Assembly: GCA_964016885.1 (NCBI GenBank)
Contig: OZ024743.1
Location: 334,490,001-334,554,000, forward strand
Origin: Eledone cirrhosa
Lineage: Eukaryota
Reading direction: 5' to 3'
Length of the DNA stretch: 64,000 bases
Shown here piece after piece: positions 42,601 through 57,178 of this stretch. A program made the translations under genes and the position numbers. How positions within the stretch are numbered: the stretch's first letter is position 1; every line of letters begins with the position of its first letter. The notes under the pieces were generated by a model. That model searched no databases, had not been told where the DNA came from, and saw nothing but the letters and a program-made list of their open reading frames with translations.

Positions 42601-44157
42601 CACGGAATAAATTACCTTTTTATGATGTCTACCTGTTATTATTCATTCTTTATCTACACTCCGAAATACAGAAGGATCAGGAACTAAGTTTCTTCAACAA
42701 TTCTTCCATAACTCGTTGAGTAAACTCTCACCGTACGTCAACCATATTCAGTGTAGTAATTAACCATTACTGCATCTAGGATAATCCTATACCTAATATA
42801 TATATATATATACAAATAAGTATGTATGTATACGTACATACATATATGTATACAGACGTACAGTAGTATGTATATATATATACATACATGCACACATATA
42901 TATATACACGTATCGGTTTACCGAACATTTATTATAATGCTCGGTTTGTTTGTTTGTAAACAAACAAACAGCCCGTATCACGCCGTACAGTGTTTAGGCA
43001 ACCACGTCACCTTTTTGTTCAACACTGACACAGGAACGATGTACTAGTTTCAAGCTTATTAGCTATCATTAGCATCGTATACCTTCCTGCCAGATGGTTG
43101 AACGTCTGAAAGTATATACTTTCCTTATGCGCACCGAAAACGATAAATGGAATAGAATGAAACGAAATTTCATTTCTCACTCTTAGTACGGCACTTACTT
43201 AAATGACTTTAGCATTAACTTCACTAGTATGGTAACTAGGAATACATGACATATATTACGACACCAGCTGGTGGTGAAGAACCTTCTAGCTGCACTCGGG
43301 GCGCCTGGGTCTGTCCACCTTCTTGAGTACTTGGAAATAAATTAAATTTTCCTTTTCTACGGTACACTCTAATACTCGGAACGGTCTGTAGACCTTTATG
43401 CCCTGTGTGTATCGGTGGTGGTGGGGGATTCACCATCTTCAGTTGTTGTTAACCGCCATACCTTACTACTAACATATTATAACATGGAATTACAAGAGGA
43501 ACTCAAAGCGGATAGTGACTTAGCTTAGCTTAACTAACGTTATGTTATTTGTTTATTAGGTCCCTGATTTACACAACTCTATAATTAAAATAATTAACGT
43601 AACTGGTCTTTCTAATTGGTGATTGCCTAGCATACGCTACTTCACCGGTCAACTGTGCGGACTCTACTTATTTAATTAAACTTTAAACATTTTTAAACAC
43701 TCAATTTTCAGTTCCTAAAATTAAACCTAACTCTAACTTCTAAACATTTTTCACAGAAATTTTCTCTACTTAATATATTCCTGCCTCCCCACACCACCCG
43801 CGTATGCTGTGTACTCTCCGTCAGTGTATAGACCTTAGTTTGAACCATTCTCTGTAACACGATATTCTTCACCCTTCCCACCTTCTTTGGCCTGCTGTCC
43901 GAAGGCTGTTAGAATTGAGAGGTAGTAAAGATTCGCCAAGTAAACTATACGTCCCCCGACCCGCTTAGCAAACTAGCAGGAAGGATTTGTTCAAGATAAC
44001 CTCACTCAGAGACGGCAAGGCATTGTAACAAAATGCTGCTTCGTTCATCTCTGGGTCAAAAACATAAACACATTTTATTTTCTCTTCTCTGCTTTTTCTT
44101 TGCTTGTTTCCTTAAAGTTTACCATCATTCCGTTGGTATACATCTATTACGCAATAT

Positions 44158-44198
44158 ACACCTGAAGAATTCACCTGGCCACTGAAATATGCATAGTG
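44158..44198 (+). ncRNA. Decayed HHR-like motif
   Basis: CAC-CTGAAGA-(poorly paired stem II)-GAAA-TATGCA-TA-GTG. Confidence 0.35.
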
Positions 44199-44477
44199 TT
44201 TGCAGAAATAAATAATTAAGGAAATTCAACATATTTGACCTCCTGTCATTTCACTTTATAATATATATATATGGGAGGGACCGTCTTGGTGAAGACCAGT
44301 CAAGGCAGAAATGCACAGACTGTTGTCCCCCTTGCTTCTGCTGGACACCACCAGCTACGGCTTCCTAAATGCATAGCTACGGCTTCCTAAATGTTTACCC
44401 TGTAAACATACCGTGTTTCTTTAGAAATACGAAATTTCTACACATATCTGTATACAGCTACGCTTGAAGCTAAATCC

Positions 44478-44532
<55 letters not shown>

Positions 44533-45009
44533 ATATATATATATACACACACACATATATATATATACTTATATAAATATAAATACATATACTGTATATG
44601 CTGAGCAATATTCAATATTACCCAGTTACAAATATGAATATAGCCCGATGTAATATATCAAGTATAATACAGAGCCGAAATACCTTTTAAAATGCTTAAA
44701 TCCTTAAGCTTTATTTTGAAATGCATTGTTTCTCTGTCTCCAATTACCAAATTTTTCAGCATCAATTTTATCCACAACTATATATGACTTTTACTGTACT
44801 TCACATATCTGTATTTTACTTTATGTTATCGCATTTTATCTGCTCCTGATTTGTTATCTACTCCTATTTTTCACATGTATTTCGCCTTAGTTGCTTGGTT
44901 ACCTTATATAAATATTAATGCTTGCTATTATCTAACCTCTCATAATATGTATCCTACAAATGTTCCAGAAGCAAAGTTTATGACTTATATTTGTATTTAA
45001 CTCTTGTAA

Positions 45010-45057
45010 TAACTCTGAAGACACTACCTTGTACTAGGATGAAACGGTCGCTAGTTA
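45010..45057 (+). ncRNA. Decayed HHR-like motif
   Basis: TAACT-CTGAAGA-...-GAAA-CGGTCG-CT-AGTTA. Confidence 0.35.
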
Positions 45058-45588
45058 TTAAATATTTGAAAGATTAAATACTCTTAGTTTATTATTTACA
45101 TTGTATTTACATTGTATATACATACATACATACACAAATACACACACTCACACACATATATATAATATATATATATATACATAGATACATACATACATAC
45201 GTATATATATATATATATAGTTAGGATAGTTTTAACGTACGACGTTGTTTGCCTGAACAAGAAGTTTCTTTAGTCGGGTGGCCGGTTTAAGAAAGTTCTT
45301 GGAGTAATAATAGTAAAAGAATGAAGAAAAACATGGTCGGCTGTACAAAAGGGTTTATACAAGGTAACCAAGCAACTGAAATACATGTGAAAAATAGGAG
45401 TAGATAACAAATCAGGAGCAGATAAAATGCGATAAAATGATTTGATCAGGCATAGACTCTAATTAAGGTCGAGTGACGTAACTTCTAACGATCAGCGGCT
45501 TTTAGACTCACCTGATTAACGAAACAATTGTTAATACTGTAAATAAACCCTTTTGTACAGCCGACAATGTTATTCTTCAATCTTTTAC

Positions 45589-45733
<145 letters not shown>

Positions 45734-46678
45734 TCATAAACTCACTCACAGACATACATACACATATGTTGATGTGTAAATTCCTATGAAATAACCTTAT
45801 TTTAGTATTAGAAACCTACTGTTTCATTATTGCCGTGAAATTAAAGAAAGAAAAACCAGGAAACCCATATTCGTACGTAAATATACCGACTCACATACAG
45901 TATATATTAACAAGGGTGTAGCCATTTAAACCACATCTGCTCTCAACATGAATAGTTAGATCCGTTCTCTTTCTATTTGGTGCAAATATTTCCACTGTAC
46001 ATACAATGCTCATCTTTTGGGGAATACTTTTGTCAAACACATTTCTCCTTTTCCTGAGACTATGTATTTGACTGTGTATTTTTCCTGAGACTATGTGTTT
46101 CCTGAGACATGCATTTGGAAATCATATTGCTTGAAATAGTATAAATAAATATTCAGGAAAATATCGAAGGTTGAACCCATATTAATGATTTAAAGACAGA
46201 GATATGTGGTTAAGGTATTCGATTCGCAACCATATATTCACGGTTAGTCTCGTAAGAAACAATTTAATCAAAATAAATAAATATGGAAACTTAAAAATGT
46301 CCTATGTATTGCGACTGTGTGTGTGTATGTGTGTGTGTTTGAGCTTGTGGGGATAAGGTGGTGCTCAAGCATGGCCGCTGTCTCATGACAGCGTTAAAGA
46401 ACAAAAAACAACCAGGTTAAAAAAAAAGAAAAATAGATAATAAAACTAATGACATTTTAAGCTCACCAAATATGGTAAAATCCCTCGATTGGAAAGTCAG
46501 TGCTTTGCATGCTAGCTAATTCAATTTGACATTACAATATGTATTCTGCAGCTGAGATATACGGTATAAGGAAAGAATTCAAAATACAACCGAAGCTGAG
46601 TAAAAACAAAAATAAGACCCGCCTCATTTCTTTTATATAAAATAGAATTAATAGAATGTTTCGCTTACAATGAAAATG

Positions 46679-46712
<34 letters not shown>

Positions 46713-47066
46713 GTATATATATACGTACACATACGCATGTACACACACACACACGCTTACATACATAGATATATATACACACATAAACATATGTATATGT
46801 GTGTGTGTTGAGAGAGAGATAGGTATATAGATAGGGAGAGAGAGATCAGATAGAGGGGGGGGGGGGTAGAGAGAGAGAAAGAGATAGAAACCTTGTGTAC
46901 ACACAGAATATAACGAAATTTTGTTTTCAAAGACATGAACAGATAAACTGTGGAATATATGTAATTATATAATTATTGAATTTCTGTTTAAATGTAAAGT
47001 GACTTATATGCCAATATTATATTATATATCATATATTATATTATAAATCGTATTATATATTATACA

Positions 47067-49373
47067 CTAGATGAGGTATCCGGCTTCGCCCGGGTGAACA
47101 GGTAGAAGAGAAGACGACTGTATTGGATACGTTGTCTGGTTTACAGTATGAGGCGAGGCCGTGGTGTGTGTCTGACAAAAAAAGTAAAAAGAATTCCAGA
47201 TACACCAGCTTCTTTGTTTTACCGTTCGTGCATAGTAATTGAAGATCTGTAGGTGTTGCCACTCGTGAACAAACAGCATGTAACTATCTATGGGTAAAAA
47301 CTGATTCTCTCAGATTCAATCCAATAACTTTGAGACTCTGACCCCGAGCTTTATTTATGGTCATTGCAAAACTGGCTCTAACAGGGAACTGAAATCTTGG
47401 GAATTTGAATGGCAGCTCGGTAGAGGAAGGGATAAGTGGAATCTTTGGAATAAATGCCTTTTCGCCTTGATGATTGCCTAACTGTTAAGCGTGTGCCATT
47501 GCATATACGTGGTGGGTCCAGGTTTCTCAAAAGGAGGATGGGAGTTACAATCTTAAGGGTTAATTTGTGTGGAGAAAGTCCAGGAAGTTCCAGACTATTA
47601 AGGAACTCTGCAGGATAATTAACAGCTTCGTCATCCTTTTCAATCTTGTCAATGGAGACATATGTATGAACTTCCCCTGGGAGCGTATCCAGTAGGCATT
47701 GGTTGATCTGATTTACCATATTATTTTTTGCCGCTAAATTTGCTCGCTCAAACAGCCATGATGAATTGATATAATTTTAGGCAACATTTGGAAATACTTG
47801 ATCAATTAGTTCATTTGTTCTATTACAGACATTTCCAAATGGAAGGTTGACTTCTCCATTTTCATCTTGTTGCAGATTACTATCACCCAGTTTAATTAGC
47901 TGTTTTATAAAAGTATCAATTTCTGCATTATTGTACAACTACATTCTTATGTTTGTTTTCAAGGGTAATCGCTGGATTTGTTGCCATTGCCATATAGTTG
48001 AGACTTTAAGACAAGCGTTTACAATATCAGCTCTCGTGCCTTTAGGAACGACGGGAAGAATCTGTCCGAAATCACCAGCAAGCACCATCGTTATTCCTCC
48101 CATGATTTCATTGCATCTTCTAACGTCTCTTAAAGTGGTCCAGAGCCTCAAATAAGTTTCTATGTGCTATTGTGGCCTCATCCCATATGATCACGGAGCA
48201 TTTCTCTCAAAGCTTTGCTTTTGGTGTGTTTTTTTGATATTGCACGAAGGAGACTCTTCTCTTGTGACATTTAATGGCAACTTGAATGTTGAGTGTGCTG
48301 TTTTGCCTCCATCAAGTAAGGTAGCAGCAATACCGCTTAATGCAACAGCCAAACCAAATTGCTTTCGCTGCCTTTCTTTTGCCAATATGAGATTTATTAT
48401 GACGGTTTTACCAGTTCCTCCTGGAGCATCCAAAAAATAAAGGCCCCCTTCATTCTGGTCGATACTGGTCAATATCTTTTCATAAGTAATTCTTTGGTGT
48501 TCAATCAGCTTTTCTTAATTTTCATTGACATATTGTGTAAGCTTGTTGATGTCATAATTCATCTCCTTTAGTATATCCTGTGCAATAGAGTATGCAACTG
48601 TGTCCTCAGGTTCTGGCAAACCGCAATCCTTAAGGGACCAGCCAATTTCAATCAAGTGGTTGTTAATTTCTGAAAGTGCTTCATTATAGATAGGTGCAGA
48701 AAAATCTACATTAATGCCAGTGTTTTGAAGTTCGATCCTGTGCAATATATCTTCCGACAAGTATTATAGCTTTCCCAGAGACTCAAGGGATCTGAAATAT
48801 TGCACATAGTGAGCATTCCACTTCAAGTAGGCCAAGTAATTTACATGCTTCAGCATACCTTGCACAGGGAGTTCCATGTACAATTTTGATATTTTCAAAT
48901 GATGTAGGCCCTCTAACAGTGTGAAGGAGTAACCTCAAATGGAAACATTCCCGATATCTAGGATGTACCATGTAAACTCTTCCTATTGTTCCACTTGCTT
49001 TGATGTCTTGATAGCCAGCCACATGATTGCCTATCTTTCGTCTGCTCCATTTCTTTTTATTCCATGTGTAGAATGTAGGAAACTCATGATAAAGCAATGT
49101 TTTAGCAAAGGTATCTTCTCCACAAAGATTAAAAACAGCAGTGAGAGTTGTGTCTGGAGGAGATGCAGCAATCAATTATGCATTTTCTCTGACCTTTTTC
49201 CAAATGGACTGCAAGTTTCACTACCGCTGGGTGTCTATTGTGTATGTCAAAACCAAAGATTCTCCACATGGCTTCATTGCTAGAAATATATCTACCCGTT
49301 AGGTGTTTTAACTTCATTCAATTGCCTATCGCACTCTCTCTGTTTCTTCCTCTGTCTGTCTCTCTCTCTTTAG

Positions 49374-49410
<37 letters not shown>

Positions 49411-49501
49411 TGTGTGTAATTTTCATTTGATTAAACCAACCAACCAACCAACCAGCCAGCCAAACAACCAAGAAACATATCTCTTTTATATTATATATAG
49501 A
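47067..49501 (-). mobile_element. Internally deleted Helitron with both termini
   Basis: 5' A|TCTATATATAATATAAAAG. 3' hairpin CCGG GCGAAG CCGG, then CTAG|T. Helicase pseudogene inside. Confidence 0.9.
47180..49310 (-). pseudogene. Helitron RepHel, PIF1-like helicase portion
   Basis: GRYISSNEAMWRIFGF, FLDAPGGTGKT, SGIAATLLDGGKTAHSTFKLP, GDFGQILPV, LLRNLDPPRICNGTRL, FAMTINK. Many frameshifts. Confidence 0.9.
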
Positions 49502-49699
49502 TTATATTATATCACCTACATGGACAGTCTACTAAAAGTTACTGATGTAGCCAATACAGAACAATCATAGTAGACTGGGTAAACAGGTGAAAGCTTCTGA
49601 ATTCCGTGGGCCGTGTGGAGGACGACAAAATAGAAATTGAATAGAAAAATATCAACTATAGAGAAATATGATAAAATGATGGAAATATTAAAAAGGGGA

Positions 49700-50415
49700 A
49701 AACCAAAATTAAGTTTGATGTCGAGTGCTGCATGGCTGGGATGAAAACCAATGCTGTGAAAACTGAGATACTCGTCTTCTCAAGAAAGCTTGCGCAGTGC
49801 ACTCTACACGGGAATGGAGTTCCATTGAAGCAGATGGAGAAGTTTAAATATCTTGGGGCCATGTTCACGAGTGATGGAAGTCAGGGACTGAATTGCAGGA
49901 GCTGGGGCAGTAATGCGCAAGCTTCAGCATTCAGTAATGAGAAGGGAGGTAGGTGTAAAAGCCAAACTCGCTGTCTTCGATTCGGTATTCGTGCCAAACC
50001 TTACCTGAAGTCATGAATCTTAGGCAATGACCGAAAGAATACGATCGCGAATACAAACAGCAGAAATGGGATTCCTCCGAAGAGTTATTGGAGTAACGTT
50101 ACTCGATAGAGTGCGGAGATGAGAGAGTCACTCCAGGTGGAGCTGCTACTTCTCAAAATTGAGAGATCACTGCTCCGATACTATGGACATGTGGTTAGAA
50201 TGTTTCAGGAAAGAATCACCGGGCAGATTTTACGCGAAAAAACCAACCTGTAGAAGACCCAGACGTAGATCCTGAGTAAGATGATTTCATAACATCCATA
50301 AGCTTGGCTGGTCTCGCTTGGGGATCCAGCCGGTTTTGTTGGAGGCGGTAGCGTCTGACAGGACTCACTGTTTGATGACTCTATCCCTACGACCCTCCCA
50401 GTAATAAGTAGGCGA
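49700..50415 (+). mobile_element. RTE-clade LINE 3' fragment
   Basis: GMKTNAVKTE...EKFKYLGAMFTSDG, AEMGFLRR, LRYYGHVVRM. Similar to 53625-54170. Confidence 0.8.
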
Positions 50416-51409
50416 TAAAGAAGAGAACAACAAATGTAGAACGTGTAAAGTATAAGAAAGTAAAGGACTATAATTGTTATAAATATATATGTACATGTGT
50501 GTGTGTGTATATAGAGTTATAAATACACACACACACACATACACATACACATACACGCACATACACACCCACACACCCACACACACACATATATATATAT
50601 ATATACGACATACATACATACATACATGCATATATGCATACATACATAATTGTTTGTCTGTGATATTGTATTGCGTTTAGTGTTCTGAACTGATACTATG
50701 ACAATAGCTCTGAGGTAATCCTGAACTGAGTTAATATATCAATTGATACACGATATGGATCTATTCAGAGTGAAATAAGATAAACGTTCTTTAAATCAGA
50801 TTCTGTGGATATTTATCTACATTTTCCCCCACGTTTCATATTATTTACGAAGCTAATATATTTTAGAAAGACTTTTAGAAATCAAAGCGTGACCGCATGT
50901 ATTTTTTTTATAATGCATTAGATCTTACGGTTACAAACTGATGGATATAAGACGGTGTCGGCGATTTACAATAGAAATCTTTACACATCTTATACAAACA
51001 ACACATACAATACATATCAACTATATTATATTCTATTTAGTGTAGTCAAATGTAACTCTACACAAGAGATGTTGTTGTTGTTATTTAGCTACAGGTCAGC
51101 TGTGATCGATTACATATACGATCAAATGCAAAGAATATAATGAGAGATGTGTAATGAGAGATATGACATTCTAGATATCTAGATATGAATTCAAAGTTAT
51201 TCGACTTGTATCTGTAACATTGGGATCAAAATTATTCTTTTATTTCCTGTCTTGTATAGTCGCATAATTCCTGATAGAGTTGTAGAGGTGCCGTATTGAC
51301 ATACGGCGTTTCTTGGGCATTTTGAGCCTGGCGGAGCCCATCCCTCTCCAGGCCTGAGTACCCGAGTACAGCAGATTTCTTCCAGAGAGAGGAAGAATCG
51401 GCACCATTA

Positions 51410-51556
51410 CTAGAATGGTACTTTTTTTATCGACCTCGAAAGGATGAAAGTCAAAGTTGACCTCGGCGGGATTTGAACTCAGCGAGCAGAGAGCTGGAAC
51501 AAATACCATAAAGCATTCTATCCGGCGGTCTGACCACTCTGCCAATTCGCCGCCTA
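51410..51556 (-). mobile_element. tRNA-derived CORE-like SINE
   Basis: GGCGGCGAATTGGCAGAGTGG, GAGTTCAAATCCCGCCGAGGTC, CTTTCATCCTTTCGAGGTCGATAAA. Confidence 0.75.
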
Positions 51557-51827
51557 TTTCATATCTTAGTGTTCGATAATACACAGGCTATTTCAAAACA
51601 TTTGATATCATTTGAGATGTAAATACTCCAGAAAATATAAGGTCTAAGACAGCGAGACTAAGCAGGCTTATTGTTGAGCAACATAAAATGTATTCCTCAT
51701 AATTTGAATGAGGAATTGAAAGGTATGTGGATTCCATCAACGATTTCTGGGATATTAACATCTCAAATGATATCAGCTGTATCTATATCTAGCAAGTATT
51801 GAGTTGAATGCAATAGACTGTTGTTTT

Positions 51828-52134
51828 TAATCCCGTAACTCCCGAGTTGTAACAGCGCCAAAGTGACATACGGCGTTTCTGGGGCATGTTTTAAAACCTG
51901 AATACAGCATCTCCCTTACCATCCTCCAGGGAAACACCTTCTCCATTCTGTCCGCCAGGGCTGTGGGGAGGCCAGCACATGGGACTCCATTTGCTCACCA
52001 TACGGAGAGATGGGGAGGACCAGAGAGATGGAGGGGATGACAGTGGGAGTTCGGCTGTTTATTTCATGTTTGCTGAGAGACCAGTTATGCACTCTTCTGA
52101 TTCCAATGTTCTGTGAAGTATTCTCAGGTCTCAA
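51828..52134 (-). mobile_element. Probable LINE 3' end with structured tail
   Basis: Decayed coding-like sequence (YGEQ..HVL) followed by the module also found at 35921-36052 and 51243-51390. Confidence 0.35.
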
Positions 52135-52351
52135 ATAATTACCCCACCCAACTTATTCATTTTTCAGATTTTTTCCCCCCTCTGCTCCCACTCTTATTGT
52201 ACCCCTCTGCTTATTAAATGTTGCTTATTTATCTCCGGCGAAATTTTAATTTAAGTGGTAGCATTTCTGCGACAATTTTCTTTATACAACAAATTGTTTG
52301 CAGAGTAGAATAGAGAGTAAAAGAAAGAAAGGGAGAACTAGATATAGAGGA

Positions 52352-52515
52352 AGAATCGACCTCCAGTATTAGACCGGTACTTCTTTTTATTGACCTTGAC
52401 TGGATGAAAGGCAAAGTTGACCACGACGGGATTTGAACTCATAGAGCAGAGAGAAGAAAGCCGAAACGAATACCTCAGAGCATTCTATCTGAGGTTTTAA
52501 AGACAATGCCAATGT
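52352..52515 (-). mobile_element. CORE-like SINE
   Basis: GAGTTCAAATCCCGTCGTGGTCAACTTTGCCTTTCATCC. Confidence 0.65.
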
Positions 52516-52849
52516 GTTCTCAGTACTAATGATGTAAACCAATATTCAGTTATGTACTTGGTTTTGTGAAAAGGTAAATAATTTATCATAGGATATTCTA
52601 GTCACATTTAATTTAATTGAATTTATTATGTTTTTAAACCCATTTTTGTTTCACAAATATGTAATATATTTTGCAACCTGTTCCTTAGAATAATAATTAC
52701 TTTAATGACCAGTAAAACATATGTGAATAATGAATGAGAATAAGAGATTTATTGACCAGTTTTTACATAATTAACACTTTTTCTTTATTTCTTAATGGCA
52801 TTCATTCTTTAAAGAAACCGATAATTCTCCGGCTTCTAATTCATCATAG

Positions 52850-53500
52850 AGTCACACATATACACACATATACATATAGGCGCATATACACATGGTCACA
52901 CATACACGCATAAATACACATAGTCACACATGCACGTACATATACACATAGTCACACATGCACACACATACACACATAGTCACAGATATATACACATAGT
53001 CACACATGTACACACATAGTCACACACATATACACATAGCCACACACATATATACATAGTCACACACATATACACATAGCCACATATACACATAGTCACA
53101 CTTAGTCACGCACATATACACATAGTCACACATATACGCACATATACACACATGTTGTCACATGTACACTCATATACGCAGTCACACAAATACATTATAT
53201 ATATACAGACATTCACACAGATACACACATACACACACGCATACAATCACATAAATACATCACACACAGTCACACATATACACATACACACATGCTGCAC
53301 ATATGTACACACATATACACACATTCACATAAATACATTACATATATGCACATAGTCCCACATATACACACATATATACACATAAGATCACATAGATACA
53401 CAAATATACACATACATTTACAAAAATACACACATATATATATATACATAAGATTACATAGATACACACATATATACACATACATACACACAGATACATA
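52850..53500. repeat. Degenerate (CA)/(CACATAGT)-type low-complexity repeat
   Basis: Direct inspection. Confidence 0.8.
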
Positions 53501-53624
53501 CCCCACTCACGGATTGACATACTTTGTATTTTAAAATTTGTTGGATAGACGTCGGTCAGTCCACATTGGCGTGGAGAATGTTATATTGGATTAAATAGAT
53601 GAGTAAAGTTAGAAAGAGTAGAGT

Positions 53625-54172
53625 AAGAGAGTCACTCGAGGTAGAGTGCTACTTCTCCGAATTGAGAGATCACAGCTCCGATACTATGGACATGTGGTTC
53701 GAATGTCTCGGGAAAGAATCACTGGACAGATTTGTAGCTCGGAGATCAAAGAGTCGCTCCAGGTAGAGCTGCTACTTCTCCGAATTGAGAGATCACAGCT
53801 CCGATACTATGGACATGTGGTTCGAATGTCTCGGGAAAGAATCACTGGACATATTTGTAGCTCGGAGATCAAAGAGTCGCTCCAGGTAGAGCTGCTACTT
53901 CTCCGAATTGAGAGATCACAGCTCCGATACTACAGGCATGTTACTAGAATATCTCAGGAAAGAATCGCTGGACAGATTTTACGGGCAAAACCAGCCGACA
54001 GGAGACCTAGGGGTAGACCCAGAGCAAGATGGTTGGATAACATCCATCAACTCTGTTGGTCTAACTTGGAGATCCAGCCAGAAACATTCGAAACGGTTGC
54101 TTCTGTCAAGACCCGCTGGAAGGAGTGTTTGAGGACTCTTCCTCACAACCCTTTCAGGAATAAGTGGGTGAA
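53625..54172 (+). mobile_element. RTE LINE 3' fragment with an internal 123-bp tandem repeat
   Basis: LLRIERSQLRYYGHVVRM three times, then RRPRGRPRARWLD. Confidence 0.8.
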
Positions 54173-54825
54173 AAAGAACCTTTCTCTCTCATTCTCTCTA
54201 ATTGTGCCAACTGACAAACGGAGGACAGTCTACAATCACAACAAATGAAAATGGAGCTGGGTTTCCATTAGCAGAATACTGGCGTTTATGGAAAACGAGG
54301 TAGTTTCTCCATCAGAGGTGAGAATAGTAGCGGTTGTATAGAGGGCTTTGATGGCTTCAATTATTGCTCAGGAATGCCATAATGGTTCAGGATTTCAAAC
54401 ATATTCTGTCTACTGAATCGAAAGCTTTACCGGTTCCACAAATATGAGCGCAGAGTCTGGATTTTTGAATTTGCTTTCTCAATAAATCTAGGAAAAGATA
54501 GAATTTGACTAATAATAATTCTTCCCGCTCTAAATCCTTTCTGTTGTCCCACAAGAGAGGATCAACGTAGGGTATAATGCTATTAAGAATGAATTTGTTA
54601 TACATTTTAGCTGCAATGAGAATATTTGAGATCTCTCTATTGTTTGTGACTAAATAGAGATCACCATTCTTGAGATTCAGGTATTATTTGAGACTGATAC
54701 TGATGTTTTGTTTACGAAAGAAAAATCACCTATTTTTAATAGCAGTTAGTGAAAAAAAAGGGACCTTCTAAATGAGGGGTAGAATATTATTCGGACCAAA
54801 TGCTTTGTTGTGCTCCAGTCGTAAA

Positions 54826-55010
54826 TAATTGTTTCTACTTTTGGTACAAGTCCAGCAATTACCCCAGTGCATTACTGGTGCTTTATTTTATCGACTCTTT
54901 GAAAGGCAAAGTTAACCCCGGCGGGATTTGAACTTAGAACGTAAATGGCCATAATTCTATGCTGCATAGCATGGTGCCTGACGCTCTACCGATACTGCCA
55001 ATCCACTGCC
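54826..55010 (-). mobile_element. CORE-like SINE
   Basis: GTTCAAATCCCGCCGGGGTTAACTTTGCCTTTC..GTCGATAAAATAAAG. Same subfamily as 25914, 56042, 56745 and 60003. Confidence 0.7.
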
Positions 55011-56041
55011 TAATAGGCTTCACAGCGGGATCGCACCCGGGAGTTAATGGTTGTGAAGCTAACATTTTAAGTCGGCCATGTTGCGGCCACATGCCTGAAT
55101 ATAAAATCAACAGGCAATTATCAGAATGTAATTTTTGTATCGTTAAACAATTTTGAGGTTTAGCGATGAAATTCAACAATTTAGTTTTCATGACTCATCA
55201 GTTTCTGAAAAGGAAATGGAAAGTGAGAATGTCATCATGAAGTGAATTATATTATTCCAACGTGATTGCTGTTGATCACACTTTCAAAGCTTCATAATTT
55301 GAAATGTCATTTTAAATGTGATACTAATTCGTAAATGGTATATAATTAGATATATTGACGAAGTGAACAGAAGTGAACAGTGAATATTTATAAAAGAAAA
55401 TATCAAAATATTGGTGGAGAATTTTATGTCCGTACTCTAAAATGTAGGAGTTTATTCCAGTCACTTGAACATCAAATTGATTCTTAACAGAAATTGATTC
55501 ATTTCCTTCTTTTCGTCCAGCCCCACCCCACCACCACCCACAAATGTTCTTGCTTTTGTTTTTTAATCGTATTTCCTCATACATGAATAAATTTAAGTTT
55601 TGTTTTTAAAAGTTTCATCCTTAATTACAGTTTCTGTATAACTGGAAATATATGCCATACGTGTATATGTTAAGAGGAGAGTTAATGAGGTGTTGTAACA
55701 TCCCTACATTTCACAGCTAATGAATGGAAACTGAATTCTATAGGGTTTGAAAGATGGCCCTGTCACTATTTACTGTATAAACGCCTTTTGTTTCGTAGTT
55801 GTTTTTTCTTTGACTAGACAAACTAGCTCAACATTTAATGGAAGACAAACTTTGTCCACTTTGTCATATTCAGTTCTTTCCTAACGACATTAGTAAAGTT
55901 AAATAATGGAAAATTGCATGAAACGCGGATATAAATCGTACCTGTATTATAAATCGATAGAAGCTTACCATATACAATACGACTGTGGCCATGCTGGAGT
56001 TTCTAATACATACGGAATATGAAACGGGGAAGTAGGTGATA

Positions 56042-56262
56042 ATATTGGTTTCTGATTTAGGTACAACGCCAACAATTTTTGGGGAGCGGAAAGTCGATTA
56101 AATCGACCCAGTGCATTACTGGTACTTTATTTTATCGACTCCATAAGGATGGAAGGCAAAGCTAATCTCGGTAGGATTTGAACTCAGATAGTAAAGGTGC
56201 ATAACCCTATGCCATAAATCATGTTGTCCGACGCTCCACCGGTACTGCTAATCAACTGCTTT
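56042..56262 (-). mobile_element. CORE-like SINE
   Basis: B box, CORE-like segment and tail AAATCAGAAACC. Confidence 0.7.
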
Positions 56263-56744
56263 AAAGTAGGTGAAAATATTAATCTTAATGTCTGAATATT
56301 ATTTATCAAAATCGGAAGGAGAAAACTAGATTATAAGAGTCGAGATGGGGGTTAAGTGTTAAAAGTAAAGAGGTGAAGCTAAATACAGCAACACAATTAT
56401 TCTTGATATCTAAATCCCTTTTTGATAATATATCATAAATTGGAATACATACAACGATTACACTCGGGTCCTAAATAATGGCGTGGGCTGGAATAAGCGC
56501 GGGGCTGGGGTAGAATAAGCAGGAGTGTTAGAATAAGTAGGCGGGATTGGAATAAGAAGAGAGGAGAGGTTGGAAAATCAGTAATTTTTCTAGGCTGTCT
56601 CCGTTGATTAAAAAAAAAATGTAGATGATACTTCCTAATTGCCAAGCACAGAGTAATGACCCGGATGAATTCAAGTGTTTCTATTAGGGAAACCAACATC
56701 AAGTTGATGCATAAGTTGAGAGCTTACATGGAATGATCAAATAT

Positions 56745-56960
56745 AACACCGGATATATATATAGCGTCGGACAATATACTTTGCGGCATATAGTTACGAT
56801 CCTTTACGTTGTGAGTTCAAATCCCGCCGAGATTAGCTTTGCTTTTCATCATTACAGGGTCGGTAATATAAAGTACCAGTAATGCACTGGGGTCAATTTA
56901 ATCGACTTACCCCTCCCCTGAAAATTGTTGGCCTTGTGTCTAAATCAGAAACCGTTATAT
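56745..56960 (+). mobile_element. CORE-like SINE
   Basis: GAGTTCAAATCCCGCCGAG...AAAGTACCAGTAATGCACTGGGG...AAATCAGAAACC. Confidence 0.7.
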
Positions 56961-57178
56961 TAACAGCATGAATACAATCCTCTGCACTTCGTTCAGAAAT
57001 TGAAACCATGACAACATCAGTTAACCTTGAACATCATCTTATATGATGTTAGTCACAAAAGAATATATATAACACACATTCAAATTAGTACAGTGTCAGT
57101 CACTATCTCATAATTGTTACCATGGGAATATATTTAGATTATTAACAGTGATAAGAAAATAACAAAAGCAATATTTAC

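Noticed and set aside
55186-55201. CTGATGA-GTCAT-GAAA on the minus strand
   Set aside because: Too short for stem II, and no stem I or III pairing.
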